From NCBI GenBank assembly GCA_965644295.1, contig CBFFRP010000259.1:1-64000 (forward strand): a DNA stretch of 64,000 nt. Reading direction: 5' to 3'. The notes below the pieces were generated by a model. That model was not told where the DNA came from. It saw only the letters and a list, made by a program, of their open reading frames with translations, and searched no databases. The stretch is from Paraphysomonas bandaiensis (lineage: Eukaryota; Protista; Chrysophyceae). The position numbers and the translations under genes were made by a program. Position 1 is the stretch's first letter. Every line of letters starts with the position of its first letter. Positions 24,470-35,100 of the stretch are shown here, piece after piece.

Positions 24470-24758
24470 TAGATATGCGTACCTTTGTGTGAATGTATGT
24501 GTAGTACTGTAGCTACGTACTGTCGTAAAGGTAACTCAGTACGAATAGATAGATAAGTACAGGTACTGGATGTAGAAAGAATACCGTGTTGTCATACGGC
24601 GGTACTGTGGTATTCTACACTGTATTCTACTCTTAGAATTAGATTTCCATTTCCAGTAGAGAGACTCTGAATACAGCCATACAGGAATAGGAATACAGGC
24701 AGTGCGTGACTCTCGGAGAAAGGCAGAGAGACTGGACACAACAGTGTAGAATAATATC

Positions 24759-25454
24759 ATGGGACAAAGCCATTCCGATACCTTATCTGAAGTCCAACCC
24801 GATTGTCCAGACATGAGTGATGAGCAGCAGCTCATGAAAATTGTCATTATCAGTGACACACACAATGACCATGAATCTATGACCATTCCTGATGGTGATG
24901 TATTGATTCATGCCGGTGATTGGACAAATTTTGGTAGAATAGAGCATGCTCATAGTTTCAACGAGTGGCTTGGAACAATGCCTCACCGTCACAAAATTGT
25001 AGTCAATGGAAATCATGAAAACAATGCACCATGGAAGGCATCTGTCCGATCAATAGTAAGCAATGCCATATTTTTGAAACAAGAATCAATAATTATTGAG
25101 AATGAACACGGTAAAAGGCTTAAGATATTTGGAACGGACTTTTTCTGGCCAATGCTTGAAGAGTCGAGCCCGAACCCTTTCCTTGATCAAATTGAAAACG
25201 ATGTGGATATACTAGTAACTCATGGACCTGCTCATGGATTTGTTGATGGCAAACGTGGTTGTTCTTCACTTACACGCAAATGTGCTCACCTGCGTCGTAA
25301 TGGCAAATTGAGAGTAGTTATCAGTGGTCATATTCATGGCGCATATGGTATATGTGAAGGAACAGGAGAATGTGAAGGCATCAAGTTCATCAATGCTTCA
25401 TGTTGCGGGTCAGGCAGAGTAGTTGTTAATAGTCCTATTGTGATATATTGTTAA
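24759..25454 (+). CDS. Calcineurin-like metallophosphoesterase (MPPED/239FB-like)
   Basis: Motifs ISDTH, HAGD, GNHE, VTHGP and SGHIH; intronless; MGQSHS N-terminus. Confidence 0.93.
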   Translation: MGQSHSDTLSEVQPDCPDMSDEQQLMKIVIISDTHNDHESMTIPDGDVLIHAGDWTNFGRIEHAHSFNEWLGTMPHRHKIVVNGNHENNAPWKASVRSIVSNAIFLKQESIIIENEHGKRLKIFGTDFFWPMLEESSPNPFLDQIENDVDILVTHGPAHGFVDGKRGCSSLTRKCAHLRRNGKLRVVISGHIHGAYGICEGTGECEGIKFINASCCGSGRVVVNSPIVIYC

Positions 25455-25545
25455 TATTTCTTAGAAAAGTATAGCTCATATGCCATCCATATAAGGAATT
25501 ACTTAAAAAGATGATAGTGAAATTCTGTGTGCCTTTTGCTCTAAC

Positions 25546-25852
25546 TATTAATTTACGCTTTTAGTTAGTGCAATATTGACTGATTGATATTATAGGAGAT
25601 ATAGTAAGTTTATGATGTTGTAGCCCTGTGAGTTAGGAACCACGTCATTTACCAACATCAACATTCTGTTCTACAAATCATATCTTTAACAGCTACTATA
25701 TTTTCAGTTTCTTTGTATACTTGTAATAGCTACTCCTATACTGTAGTCATGTATATTCTGTATTTCATTGCTACATAGAATACAGGATAACTACTAGCGA
25801 TTGACTTTACCAAACTTCAAGTACGCACGTAGGAGTTGGTTGTAGTTCAATA
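25546..25852 (-). repeat. 3' LTR (TATT...AATA)
   Basis: Identical to 30418-30724 on visual comparison. Confidence 0.96.
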
Positions 25853-25900
25853 CTCCCACTCAATGAACATATCAGAATATACTGTGATGAGCAAGTCTAC

Positions 25901-28900
25901 TTAGTGCGATACCATAGTGTGCACATGCTGATAGTGCAGCTTCTCGGACAAGGCTTTAGTCATCACGTCTGCTGTCATCTCTGCCGTTGGCACATGATTC
26001 AGCCTGACGATACAGCCTCCCACTTGCTCTCGAATCCAATGATACTTGATCCGAATATGCTTGGAACGTTTATGATTTACCGGGTTCTGAGCTAGATCAA
26101 TCGCACTCTTGCTGTCCATATTCAAGATTGTTGGAGACGCATTCTTACTGAGCTCAAATCCACGAATTCCGAGCTCTGTCATCACCCCTCGTATCCATAC
26201 AATCTCCTGAATTGCAGCATATGCAGCCATATATTCAGCTTCCATAGTCGACGTAGCCACTGTTGGCTGCAGTCTGGACTGCCATGCAATTGGAGCACCC
26301 CACAGATATACGATATACCCTGTAGTGGATCTGCATGTATCCAGATCTCCGGCCCAATCTGCATCAGAGTACACACATAGAGGGTCTTCATCTGTGAAAT
26401 TAGGAAATATGATACCTTGATCAACTGTATTTTCTAAATACAATAAAGTATGCAGAGCAGCTTGACATGCAGCGTACGTGGGTCTTGTGGTGAACCGGGA
26501 GAGAAGATTTACTGTATATGCCATGTCTGGTCTAGTATGCACTGCCAAATACATTAAGGCACCAATAACAGATTGATAGGGAAATGCATCAACGTATTCT
26601 CTCTGTTTTCGAGTTTCTTCCTCTTTTGCATCCTTGGACAACTTTAGGCCAGGTGGTAGAGGTGTGGTTGCCTTGCACCGTCTCTTCTTTTCTGACAACA
26701 AGTGATTGAATCTGGCCACAACATCTTTAGCATATGCAGACTGATGTAACTTAATCTGGCCATTATGACGCTCAATGGTAAGACCTAAATAATGCTTAAG
26801 GTCCCCCATATCTTGCATGGCATATTGAGTCTTAAAGGCGCTGATGACTTCTTCAATATGACGGCTGTCAGAGCTGAGCACAATGATATCATCTACATAC
26901 ACAAGTATCATATGTAGGTTATCATCAGTACCCTTGAGTACAAATAAACATGGGTCAAGAACACATTGTTTATACCCCATCGCCTTTATACTGTCCTTCA
27001 GCATTGAATGCCAATTTCGAGGCGCTTGTTTTAGGCCATACAAACTCTTCAGAATCTTCAAACAACAGCCTTGTGGAATATCTATTCCTGCAGGTGGAGA
27101 CATAAACACGTCTTCGTCCAGATCTGCATACGGAAATGCCGTTTCTACATCGAGTTGACGGAGTTGCAGATTGTATCGCAGAGCCAGTGCTAGTGCTAGC
27201 CTAAATGATACACCTTTAGCTACTGGGGAGAATGTCTCATTATAGTCGACTCCTTGTTCTTGAGTAAACCCTTTCGCCACAAGTCGAACTTTGAACTTCT
27301 TAATTTTTCCAAGATGGTCGCGCTTTACTTTAAAGACCAATTTAGATTTTATGATTTTTCGGTGTTTCGGCCTTCGGACAATCTTCCAGCATGTCCTTCG
27401 TTCAAGCTTGTGCACCTCCTTCCTGGTAGCTTCAATCCAGTATGTTCTCTGTGGAGTCTTCTTTGCTTCTGCCAGCGTCTGTGGCTCTTTAATTGTGCTG
27501 TTGGAGGAATCAAGAAACAATGAGACATCGCCGAGGACACCAACGTTAACAATGTGCCGTTTTTTTCGAGGTCGTTTTTCAGTTCTGGGATTTCGATCTG
27601 CCCCACCTGTTGAAGATGCGCCCCGATTTGAGCGGTCAGGAGTCCTCTGTTCATTGTCACTGTCATTACAAGTCTGATCCAACTCATTTCGCAAACTATT
27701 AAACTTGTCGGTCTGACACTTTGTAGAGTGAGTCATCTTTACTACATCTTTGATATGAATTGGAGTTTGCTCCTCGGTAGTATTTCCTTTCATATCTAAT
27801 CTCCTATATGCAACAATGACTCCTCTTCTCTCTATCACTCTGGTGGTAACATAACACAGGTGTCCATCAAGATGTCTGAGGCCCACCAGGTACTGATAGT
27901 CATTTACACTCTCTGCTGTTTCTGAGGTGTCGATTTGTAGATTATCTATTTCGTCGAAATACTCCTGTGAACGCTCTGGAATTGACTCATCAAACTGTGC
28001 ATTGACTGCAACAATAATAGCATTCAGGTCTGGAATATATATTTGGTGTCCAACAGGTTGTTGACATTGTCCCATATAGTATCCAGGTTTTCCCTTTTCT
28101 TTCCACTCTTTGCGGCGCTGCTCCTTCGGCACAATAGCCCATGCCTTGCAGCCCCAGATCTTCAAGTCACTCACATCTGGTGCGGTTCCAGTAATATACT
28201 CAAAAGGTGAGATGTATCCTTTCGTTGTCTTCGTAGGTAACCTGTTGATCAGATATACAGCATGCAAGACTGCTTTGAACCAAAATACTGATGGCATGCC
28301 ACTATCGAGCAATATAGCAAGGGCCATCTCCTTCACTGTACGATTAGTGCGTTCCGATAGCGAATTCATTTCGGGTGTGTCACGTGGAGTCCAAGTAACC
28401 TGTACAGTCCTTGTGCTGGTGGTTTCACGTAAGTACTGCCTGACATGTTGCCCTACTAGTTCTCCTGCGCCATCTGCATGATATCGTCGTAGTTGCAATC
28501 CTTCTTTGACAAGTTGGGTCTCTACCATGTCCTTCATACACTTTAACACTTCACTCCCAGTCTTGTTTTTCAACCCATAAGCCCATACATGTTTTGCATC
28601 ACTGTGCTTGAATAGTAACACATGTTTGTAGCCTTCCATCGATGGCGTGTTTAGGACTTCCATCGTATCTGCACTGAGCACCCCTCTCTCCTTTGGGTTG
28701 TTGTCTAAGTTCATCAACTGGCGTGGAGTCCTGAAGTTCTTTCTCGTGAGTTTCGATCGCATGCAGGTATTACATTTGCATATCGTTTTTTTGTGTTTTT
28801 TTCTGAAATATTTCTTGTCCAGATTTATTCCATCAACTAGGCCTCGGCGGTCGGACTCAGTCAGTTTATCATAGTTGACATGGCCAAGTCTTTTGTGCCA

Positions 28901-30418
28901 TAGAATTCGCTGGTCATCAAACCCCTGCTCCTCAAGTGCTGCTGAGGATTCTTCTCCAAGCTGAAGTAAGTCTTCGAGTCGAACTGGATATAATCCATTA
29001 ACACTTCTCTGTCTAATGAGTGTCTTGTTCGTAGTCTTATTTCGAATGACGACTTCATCATTATCGAACGTCACAACACAACCCCTATCTGTGATGCTCT
29101 TCATATCTACGAGGTTCTTACTTGCTTCAGGTGCGTAGTACACCTTTTTAAAGCTTCCTACATCGCCAACACTGTGTATTGACAGTTTACCTTTGTTCGC
29201 TGTGGACATCTGCCTATCAGCGCGCTGAAGGTTGGTCATGTGGTTTTTGGAGGTAAGGATCATCTTGTTGCACCCGCTGTCTAAATAAATAACATCTGAC
29301 ATGCTCTGTGCTAGATTCACCTCTTCTTCCACACATATCATCGATTCGTATCCCGCTTCATCTTCTGAATCATGTACAGACACTCGCGGTTTCTTCTTGT
29401 TCTTGTAGGGTGCCGTTTCCCTTCTAGAGTCTCGCCCCCGTTTAGAACTGACCACTGCAGCTTTAGCAGTCTTCAAGTGGAAGCAGTCTTTAGTCTGATG
29501 GCCTGGGATGTCACATATCTCACACACAGGTAGCTTTGTTTTGTTATCACCCCTGTTTCTGTGATCTCTATCTTTTCTCTGTGATCTTGTCCCCTTCATC
29601 CTCTTTATGACATGCTCTGGAGTCTTGCACTCCCTAGCAAAGTGGCCAAGTTTCTTGCACTTATTGCATCTGCCCTTTCTCTTGTGCTCTTTCCATTTAC
29701 TGTCATCCACTGCTTGATTGACACTGTCTTCCCCTGAATTTTGCAACGCATGCTTGCCGAATGATGTGTTTTCATACCCTTTGATTAGGCTGCTTGCTCT
29801 TGCGTATGTCACATCGTTTGCTGTATACAGGCTGTGTGCTAGTTGGGAATATCTCTTGTCTGTGAGACCTTCCTTTAGTCGAGTGAGCTTGTCGTCTTCC
29901 GTGACTTCACGACCTAGATTCTCGAGAATCTTGGCCTGGGCTTCAACGCTGTCGACGAACTCTGCTCCTGACTGACTTGAGGTAATCTTCATTGAATTGA
30001 ACTTTGTGACCTCTGCCTGTACTGTATTCTTTTCAACGTTGAGAAATCTCTCTTCCAGTGCCTGTAGTAACCCTTTTGCTGTACTTCCTTCGTAGAGAGC
30101 CGCTGTTGTGCCTGCTTTTGGGTGAGCATTGCACACTTCCATCAGGAAGGAGTACGCGGTCTCGTTCCGGGTGTTCCAGAGTTTCTTCGCTTTGCGTAGT
30201 CGCTTCTTCTGTGCATCAGTCATATGAGCTCCCGCTGGGACTGTAGAGTCTAGATCATGAATGTGCCTTGGTTTATCCTTTGAGAGGACAAGATGAGCTC
30301 GATTGTGTCTCATGAGGAATGAGGTGAAGAACTTCTTGAATTTCTTGAAGTTCAGTTCCTCGAAGGGAGGTACCTTTGAGCCTGAGGCGACATTCGTGAA
30401 ATTTCCATCCGCTGCCAT
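25901..30418 (-). CDS. Copia gag-pol polyprotein (1505 aa)
   Basis: Two zinc knuckles (CNKCKKLGHFAREC, CEICDIPGHQTKDC), protease YLDSGC, integrase WHKRLGH..CNTC/HADGAGE/ERTNR, RT VYVDD and RNase H YSDADWAG, in PR-IN-RT-RH order. Confidence 0.98.
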   Translation of the reverse strand: MAADGNFTNVASGSKVPPFEELNFKKFKKFFTSFLMRHNRAHLVLSKDKPRHIHDLDSTVPAGAHMTDAQKKRLRKAKKLWNTRNETAYSFLMEVCNAHPKAGTTAALYEGSTAKGLLQALEERFLNVEKNTVQAEVTKFNSMKITSSQSGAEFVDSVEAQAKILENLGREVTEDDKLTRLKEGLTDKRYSQLAHSLYTANDVTYARASSLIKGYENTSFGKHALQNSGEDSVNQAVDDSKWKEHKRKGRCNKCKKLGHFARECKTPEHVIKRMKGTRSQRKDRDHRNRGDNKTKLPVCEICDIPGHQTKDCFHLKTAKAAVVSSKRGRDSRRETAPYKNKKKPRVSVHDSEDEAGYESMICVEEEVNLAQSMSDVIYLDSGCNKMILTSKNHMTNLQRADRQMSTANKGKLSIHSVGDVGSFKKVYYAPEASKNLVDMKSITDRGCVVTFDNDEVVIRNKTTNKTLIRQRSVNGLYPVRLEDLLQLGEESSAALEEQGFDDQRILWHKRLGHVNYDKLTESDRRGLVDGINLDKKYFRKKHKKTICKCNTCMRSKLTRKNFRTPRQLMNLDNNPKERGVLSADTMEVLNTPSMEGYKHVLLFKHSDAKHVWAYGLKNKTGSEVLKCMKDMVETQLVKEGLQLRRYHADGAGELVGQHVRQYLRETTSTRTVQVTWTPRDTPEMNSLSERTNRTVKEMALAILLDSGMPSVFWFKAVLHAVYLINRLPTKTTKGYISPFEYITGTAPDVSDLKIWGCKAWAIVPKEQRRKEWKEKGKPGYYMGQCQQPVGHQIYIPDLNAIIVAVNAQFDESIPERSQEYFDEIDNLQIDTSETAESVNDYQYLVGLRHLDGHLCYVTTRVIERRGVIVAYRRLDMKGNTTEEQTPIHIKDVVKMTHSTKCQTDKFNSLRNELDQTCNDSDNEQRTPDRSNRGASSTGGADRNPRTEKRPRKKRHIVNVGVLGDVSLFLDSSNSTIKEPQTLAEAKKTPQRTYWIEATRKEVHKLERRTCWKIVRRPKHRKIIKSKLVFKVKRDHLGKIKKFKVRLVAKGFTQEQGVDYNETFSPVAKGVSFRLALALALRYNLQLRQLDVETAFPYADLDEDVFMSPPAGIDIPQGCCLKILKSLYGLKQAPRNWHSMLKDSIKAMGYKQCVLDPCLFVLKGTDDNLHMILVYVDDIIVLSSDSRHIEEVISAFKTQYAMQDMGDLKHYLGLTIERHNGQIKLHQSAYAKDVVARFNHLLSEKKRRCKATTPLPPGLKLSKDAKEEETRKQREYVDAFPYQSVIGALMYLAVHTRPDMAYTVNLLSRFTTRPTYAACQAALHTLLYLENTVDQGIIFPNFTDEDPLCVYSDADWAGDLDTCRSTTGYIVYLWGAPIAWQSRLQPTVATSTMEAEYMAAYAAIQEIVWIRGVMTELGIRGFELSKNASPTILNMDSKSAIDLAQNPVNHKRSKHIRIKYHWIREQVGGCIVRLNHVPTAEMTADVMTKALSEKLHYQHVHTMVSH

Positions 30419-30724
30419 ATTAATTTACGCTTTTAGTTAGTGCAATATTGACTGATTGATATTATAGGAGATATAGTAAGTTTATGATGTTGTAGCCCTG
30501 TGAGTTAGGAACCACGTCATTTACCAACATCAACATTCTGTTCTACAAATCATATCTTTAACAGCTACTATATTTTCAGTTTCTTTGTATACTTGTAATA
30601 GCTACTCCTATACTGTAGTCATGTATATTCTGTATTTCATTGCTACATAGAATACAGGATAACTACTAGCGATTGACTTTACCAAACTTCAAGTACGCAC
30701 GTAGGAGTTGGTTGTAGTTCAATA
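30418..30724 (-). repeat. 5' LTR (TATT...AATA)
   Basis: Identical to 25546-25852. Confidence 0.96.
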
Positions 30725-32133
30725 CTAACTCCTTATTCCTCATACATCGCACTGGCGGTGACATTATTCCTTGTTCTACATATAAACCTTAACTCGCTGT
30801 GTTGCACAAAACAATAAAAGTAAAAAAAATTAAAGCATATTCATATAATTATTCTCGTTTGCACCTGTATTTTAATAGCTAATCATTTTGTCATGTACAT
30901 CAGGAATGAATTATTCTTCCTTTTAACAATATTCATCTGTTACATGTTACAACTACGAGTTGGTTTCGCTTACTGCACACTATTAACTTACTTCAATTGC
31001 ACGTTATATATCGTATAATAATAACCCCTAATAGGCTAGTGCTGGAATCTACGAATCTAGCCAACATAGCTTCGATTTAAATTTGAAGCAACTTCACGTA
31101 CTCCGACTAAGATCTAAGATTATTATTAGGCTTACTCAAACTCAACTTTCTGCATATTGTACTGGTTGTACAGAACATAGAAAGTTAATCTCATTTGTTT
31201 TGGATAGTGGCCACGTGGCTGACCATTGCATCGCACATCGCAGGCTTGAAATCTCACAAGCTCCTTCTAATACGATCTTGTAATAATTAGTCTAGAAATT
31301 GTTACTTCACTATGAAGAGTGTCTACATGAATACTAATTAGTAGATATCTCCCTGTTGTGGAATGTAATGCATCATAATCCAGATATGCGTCTCAACCAC
31401 ATGAGTTCTTGTATGGTAGACGCTGTCCCAATATCAACGCATGCTTTATGTTGCATTGCACAACTCACATTATAAAATAGAAACTGCCATATTTATTCGA
31501 TATATCCACCCCTATGGATTCACAATTGAATGGGTTCCAAGATATGTAGTGTGGACTATATGGGTGATGGGTCATATAACTTGCTGACATGTATCGTCAA
31601 TAGAACCCCTCCTCGATATACATAGGTTCACATAGTACCCAACTCTACCCAAAATTGGAAAGAATTGTGGACATTACTTGAAAGAGAAACAGAGATAATC
31701 ATTCTGCCCAATTTCTGGTATTGTATAGAGATATGGACAGCCCTGCAGTGTTACTATGTACAGTATGGTGCGTACTATTCTGTAGTATGCCAACCCAAAA
31801 ACTGCCCTTGCGGTCCAAAAAATTCGACCAAAATACCATGTATACAATTCTATGTACGACTTCTATACGTAAAGTCGGAGTAGTTTACTAGTGAAGATAC
31901 TGACTGTATAAAGAAGTTTGGGCTACCTAATCAAAGCGTCTGTCTATTGGTTCCATACACTGACTTCTTCTGTTGACACTTCGACTTCACGTAGAGGCAG
32001 TAATATCTAGATATTACTAGAGTATACGGATAGTGTATTCTATTGTTATCGTGTGATAGCGATATACACTCATTACTTTACTATCATATTGCCATAGTTC
32101 CATATATTCCTTGTGACAGGAAGATGAGGTGAT

Positions 32134-35100
32134 ATGGAAGCGACTTTATCTAGACCTACTCGTAACCATTCGACATCAATACCTGCGTCCCCTCCATCGT
32201 ATTTGGATGCTCTAGATACTGCACCTAGACCTCCGACACACGATGTGAGTTCCAGGGAAGGTATGTGCTTTTATAAGGGGTTATTTATGTACTTAACTTT
32301 ACGAATGGAGCAGCAGATGACTCCGATAGATTAGTCCAGCAGTTTGTAAGGATGGGAATATCAGAGAGCTGGGCTCGTATAGCTCTCAGACGATGTGCGG
32401 GAAATGTCGATGATGCTATTAAATTTTGCATAGAATGTGGTGCGCTGGAGGAATCGCCAAAACCATCTTCAACAGTCGGAAGTAATCATCGCCAGCAGTT
32501 ACACAAGAAAAAGAAGAAGAGTGGTGTGTTATCTAGAACATTGGGGTCGTTGAGGCGCTCATCAGGAAAGCACTCTGCCTCGGAAGATGTCGTTCCTTCT
32601 CCAGCGTCAGGTGGTTCTCGCTCTTTGGTTGATTTCGATGAAGAACAAAAGAGAGATCCATCACTTTTGGAGGATACTGACCCTCCACCGCCAGACTATG
32701 ATATTGTTGCTTCTGCGGGCACACTGCCGAATAGTTCTGCATGCACCTCTCCTGCTGCATCGTATGACGTAAATCAAGTTACCGAGGCGGACTCGTGCAG
32801 TTCTCTGGCCAGCGCATCGAAGTTATCCGAGAATGGAATTCGCTCCAGTGATGTGCATACACAAGAAGAAGAGGAGCTTCCAACGTATGAACAGTCGCAC
32901 TACGACCGAACTGTGGAGCTCTATAACCCAGAGCTTGCTAGAAACGGTGTACAAGCTGCTATAGCAAATGGAGAGCAGATTATTGGAATAGTGGATATTT
33001 CAGGTTCTCAATCTCCGTCGACTACAGGTTTGACTGAGGTGACGACTGTGGATTCTTCAGCGCTTGTGATCGGCATTAATGAACAGTCAGTGCAATCAGT
33101 TTCCAGTACCTCTGAGGACTACTCTGAGCAAGGAAGTGCGGCTGAGAAAGGGGAAAGCGACCCAACAGTTGAATATAGAGCATCCCATGTATCAGTACTT
33201 TCGGAGGAAAATATACACTTGACGTGTTTGACAAATGATGATGGGGAGGCGTCTGTAGCCCAAAATATAGCAGCCGTCGCACCACCACAGAGCTCTGTGC
33301 AGAACGAAACGCATGGTGTTGGTGATACGTACAGTTATGAAGGCATCGCTGGTATGTTTTTACGCCCTTCAATAGTAGATAACATCAGTGGGGAATCTGT
33401 TGCTTCTCCATCTAACTCTGGTCAGTTACCTGGGAGCCCTGTTATTGGTGACTCGAACACAACAGAAAGTGCAGACATATGCAGTTATGAAGGTATCGCT
33501 GGTATGTTTTTACGCCCTTCAATAGTAGATGACATCAGTGGGGAAGCTGCTGCTTCGCCATCTACTTCTGGCCAGTTACCTGGAAGTCCTATTATTGCTG
33601 AGTCGAATACAGCAGAAAGTGCAGACATATGCAGTTATGAAGGTATTGCTGGTATGTATTTACGTCCTTCACTAGTAGATGACATCAGTGGGGAATCTGT
33701 TGCTCCGCCATCAACTAAGAGTCCTATTATTGGTGACTCGAATACAGCAGAAAGTGCAGACATATGCAGCTATGAAGGTATCGCTGGTATGTATTTACGT
33801 CCTTCAATAGTAGATGACATCAGTGGGGAATCTGTTGCTCCGCCATCAACTAAGAGTCCTATTATTGGTGACTCGAGTGCAGCAGAAAGTGCAGACATAT
33901 GCAGTTATGAAGGTATTGCTGGTATGTATTTACGCCCTTCAATAGTAGATGACATCAGTGGGGAAGCTGTTGCGTCTTCATCTACCTCTGGTCAGTTACC
34001 TGGGAGCCCTATTATTGCTGAATCGAATGCAGCTGTAGCTGCGGATATATGGAGTGCCGATGACATTGCCGGGGCATTTACCTCTCCCGCAAGTGTAGTG
34101 TCTACTATTTCTCCATCATCATCCGCGGCGAATGTAGTGCCTGTGACTTCTCCATCTACCTCTGGCCAGTTAACTGGGAGTCATATTATTGCTGAGTCGA
34201 ATACAACAGAAAGTGCAGACATATGCAGTTATGAAGGTATTGCTGGTATGTTCTTACGCCCTTCAATAGTAGATGACATCAGTGGGGAAGCTGTTGCGTC
34301 TTCATCTACCTCTGGTCAGTTACCTGGGAGCCCTATTATTGCTGAATCGAATACAGCTGTAGCTGCGGATATATGGAGTGCCGATGACATTGCCGGGGCA
34401 TTTACCTCTCCCGCAAGTGTAGTGTCTACTATTTCTCCATCATCATCCGCGGCGAATGTAGTGCCTGTGACTTCTCCATCTACCTCTGGCCAGTTAACTG
34501 GGAGTCATATTATTGCTGAGTCGAATACAACTGTAGCTGCAGATATATGGAGTGCCGATGACATTGCCGGGGCGTTTACTCCTCCCGCAAGTGTAGTGTC
34601 TACTATTTCTCAAACATCATCCGCGGCCGTGGATATGCGGAACTCTGATGGATTTGCAGGGGCTTCCTCTCACCAATCAAATGGGGTTCCTAGATTTTCA
34701 TCCTTACAAACAACAGAATCACAGCGCTTACGCTATTCCCCTCAGTCTTCCACCCTTGGACCTACTTCAGAAGATGCTGAAAGTGCAGTGGTATCTTCTT
34801 CGAATGCTGTGAGTGCAACAGCAGGTGAATTATCTGATACCAGTGCCTCCAGAGAAGAGCGGATTACACCTGTTCGAGAATCCGTGCAAGAGCGACTACC
34901 TTCTCTGCCTCGAATGCCACTTCAGCGCCCCACCAGCATCTCACGCTTACCAAGGGCGAGTGCTGTACAAGAAGATACCATGGATGATGACACAGTGCAT
35001 GGCGAAGCTTATATGGCTGTCAGTGTCGATCCAGGAATCTCTACAGTGACTGATATATACATGCGAGATGAAACAGGAGGGTTATATGTTGCTGTCGCTG

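Larger units (their letters stand above)
25546..30724 (-). mobile_element. Intact Ty1/Copia LTR retrotransposon
   Basis: Two identical 307-bp LTRs, 5-bp TSD CTAAC (25541-25545, 30725-30729), PPT GAGTGGGAG, a TGG-initiated PBS candidate and a single gag-pol ORF. Confidence 0.98.

Noticed and set aside
26182-30246. Numerous antisense and alternative-frame ORFs within the Copia and other long genes
   Set aside because: Shadow ORFs of real coding sequence with no independent support.
30730-32120. Intergenic stretch with small ORFs
   Set aside because: AT-rich with no domain or repeat structure detected; treated as intergenic or promoter.
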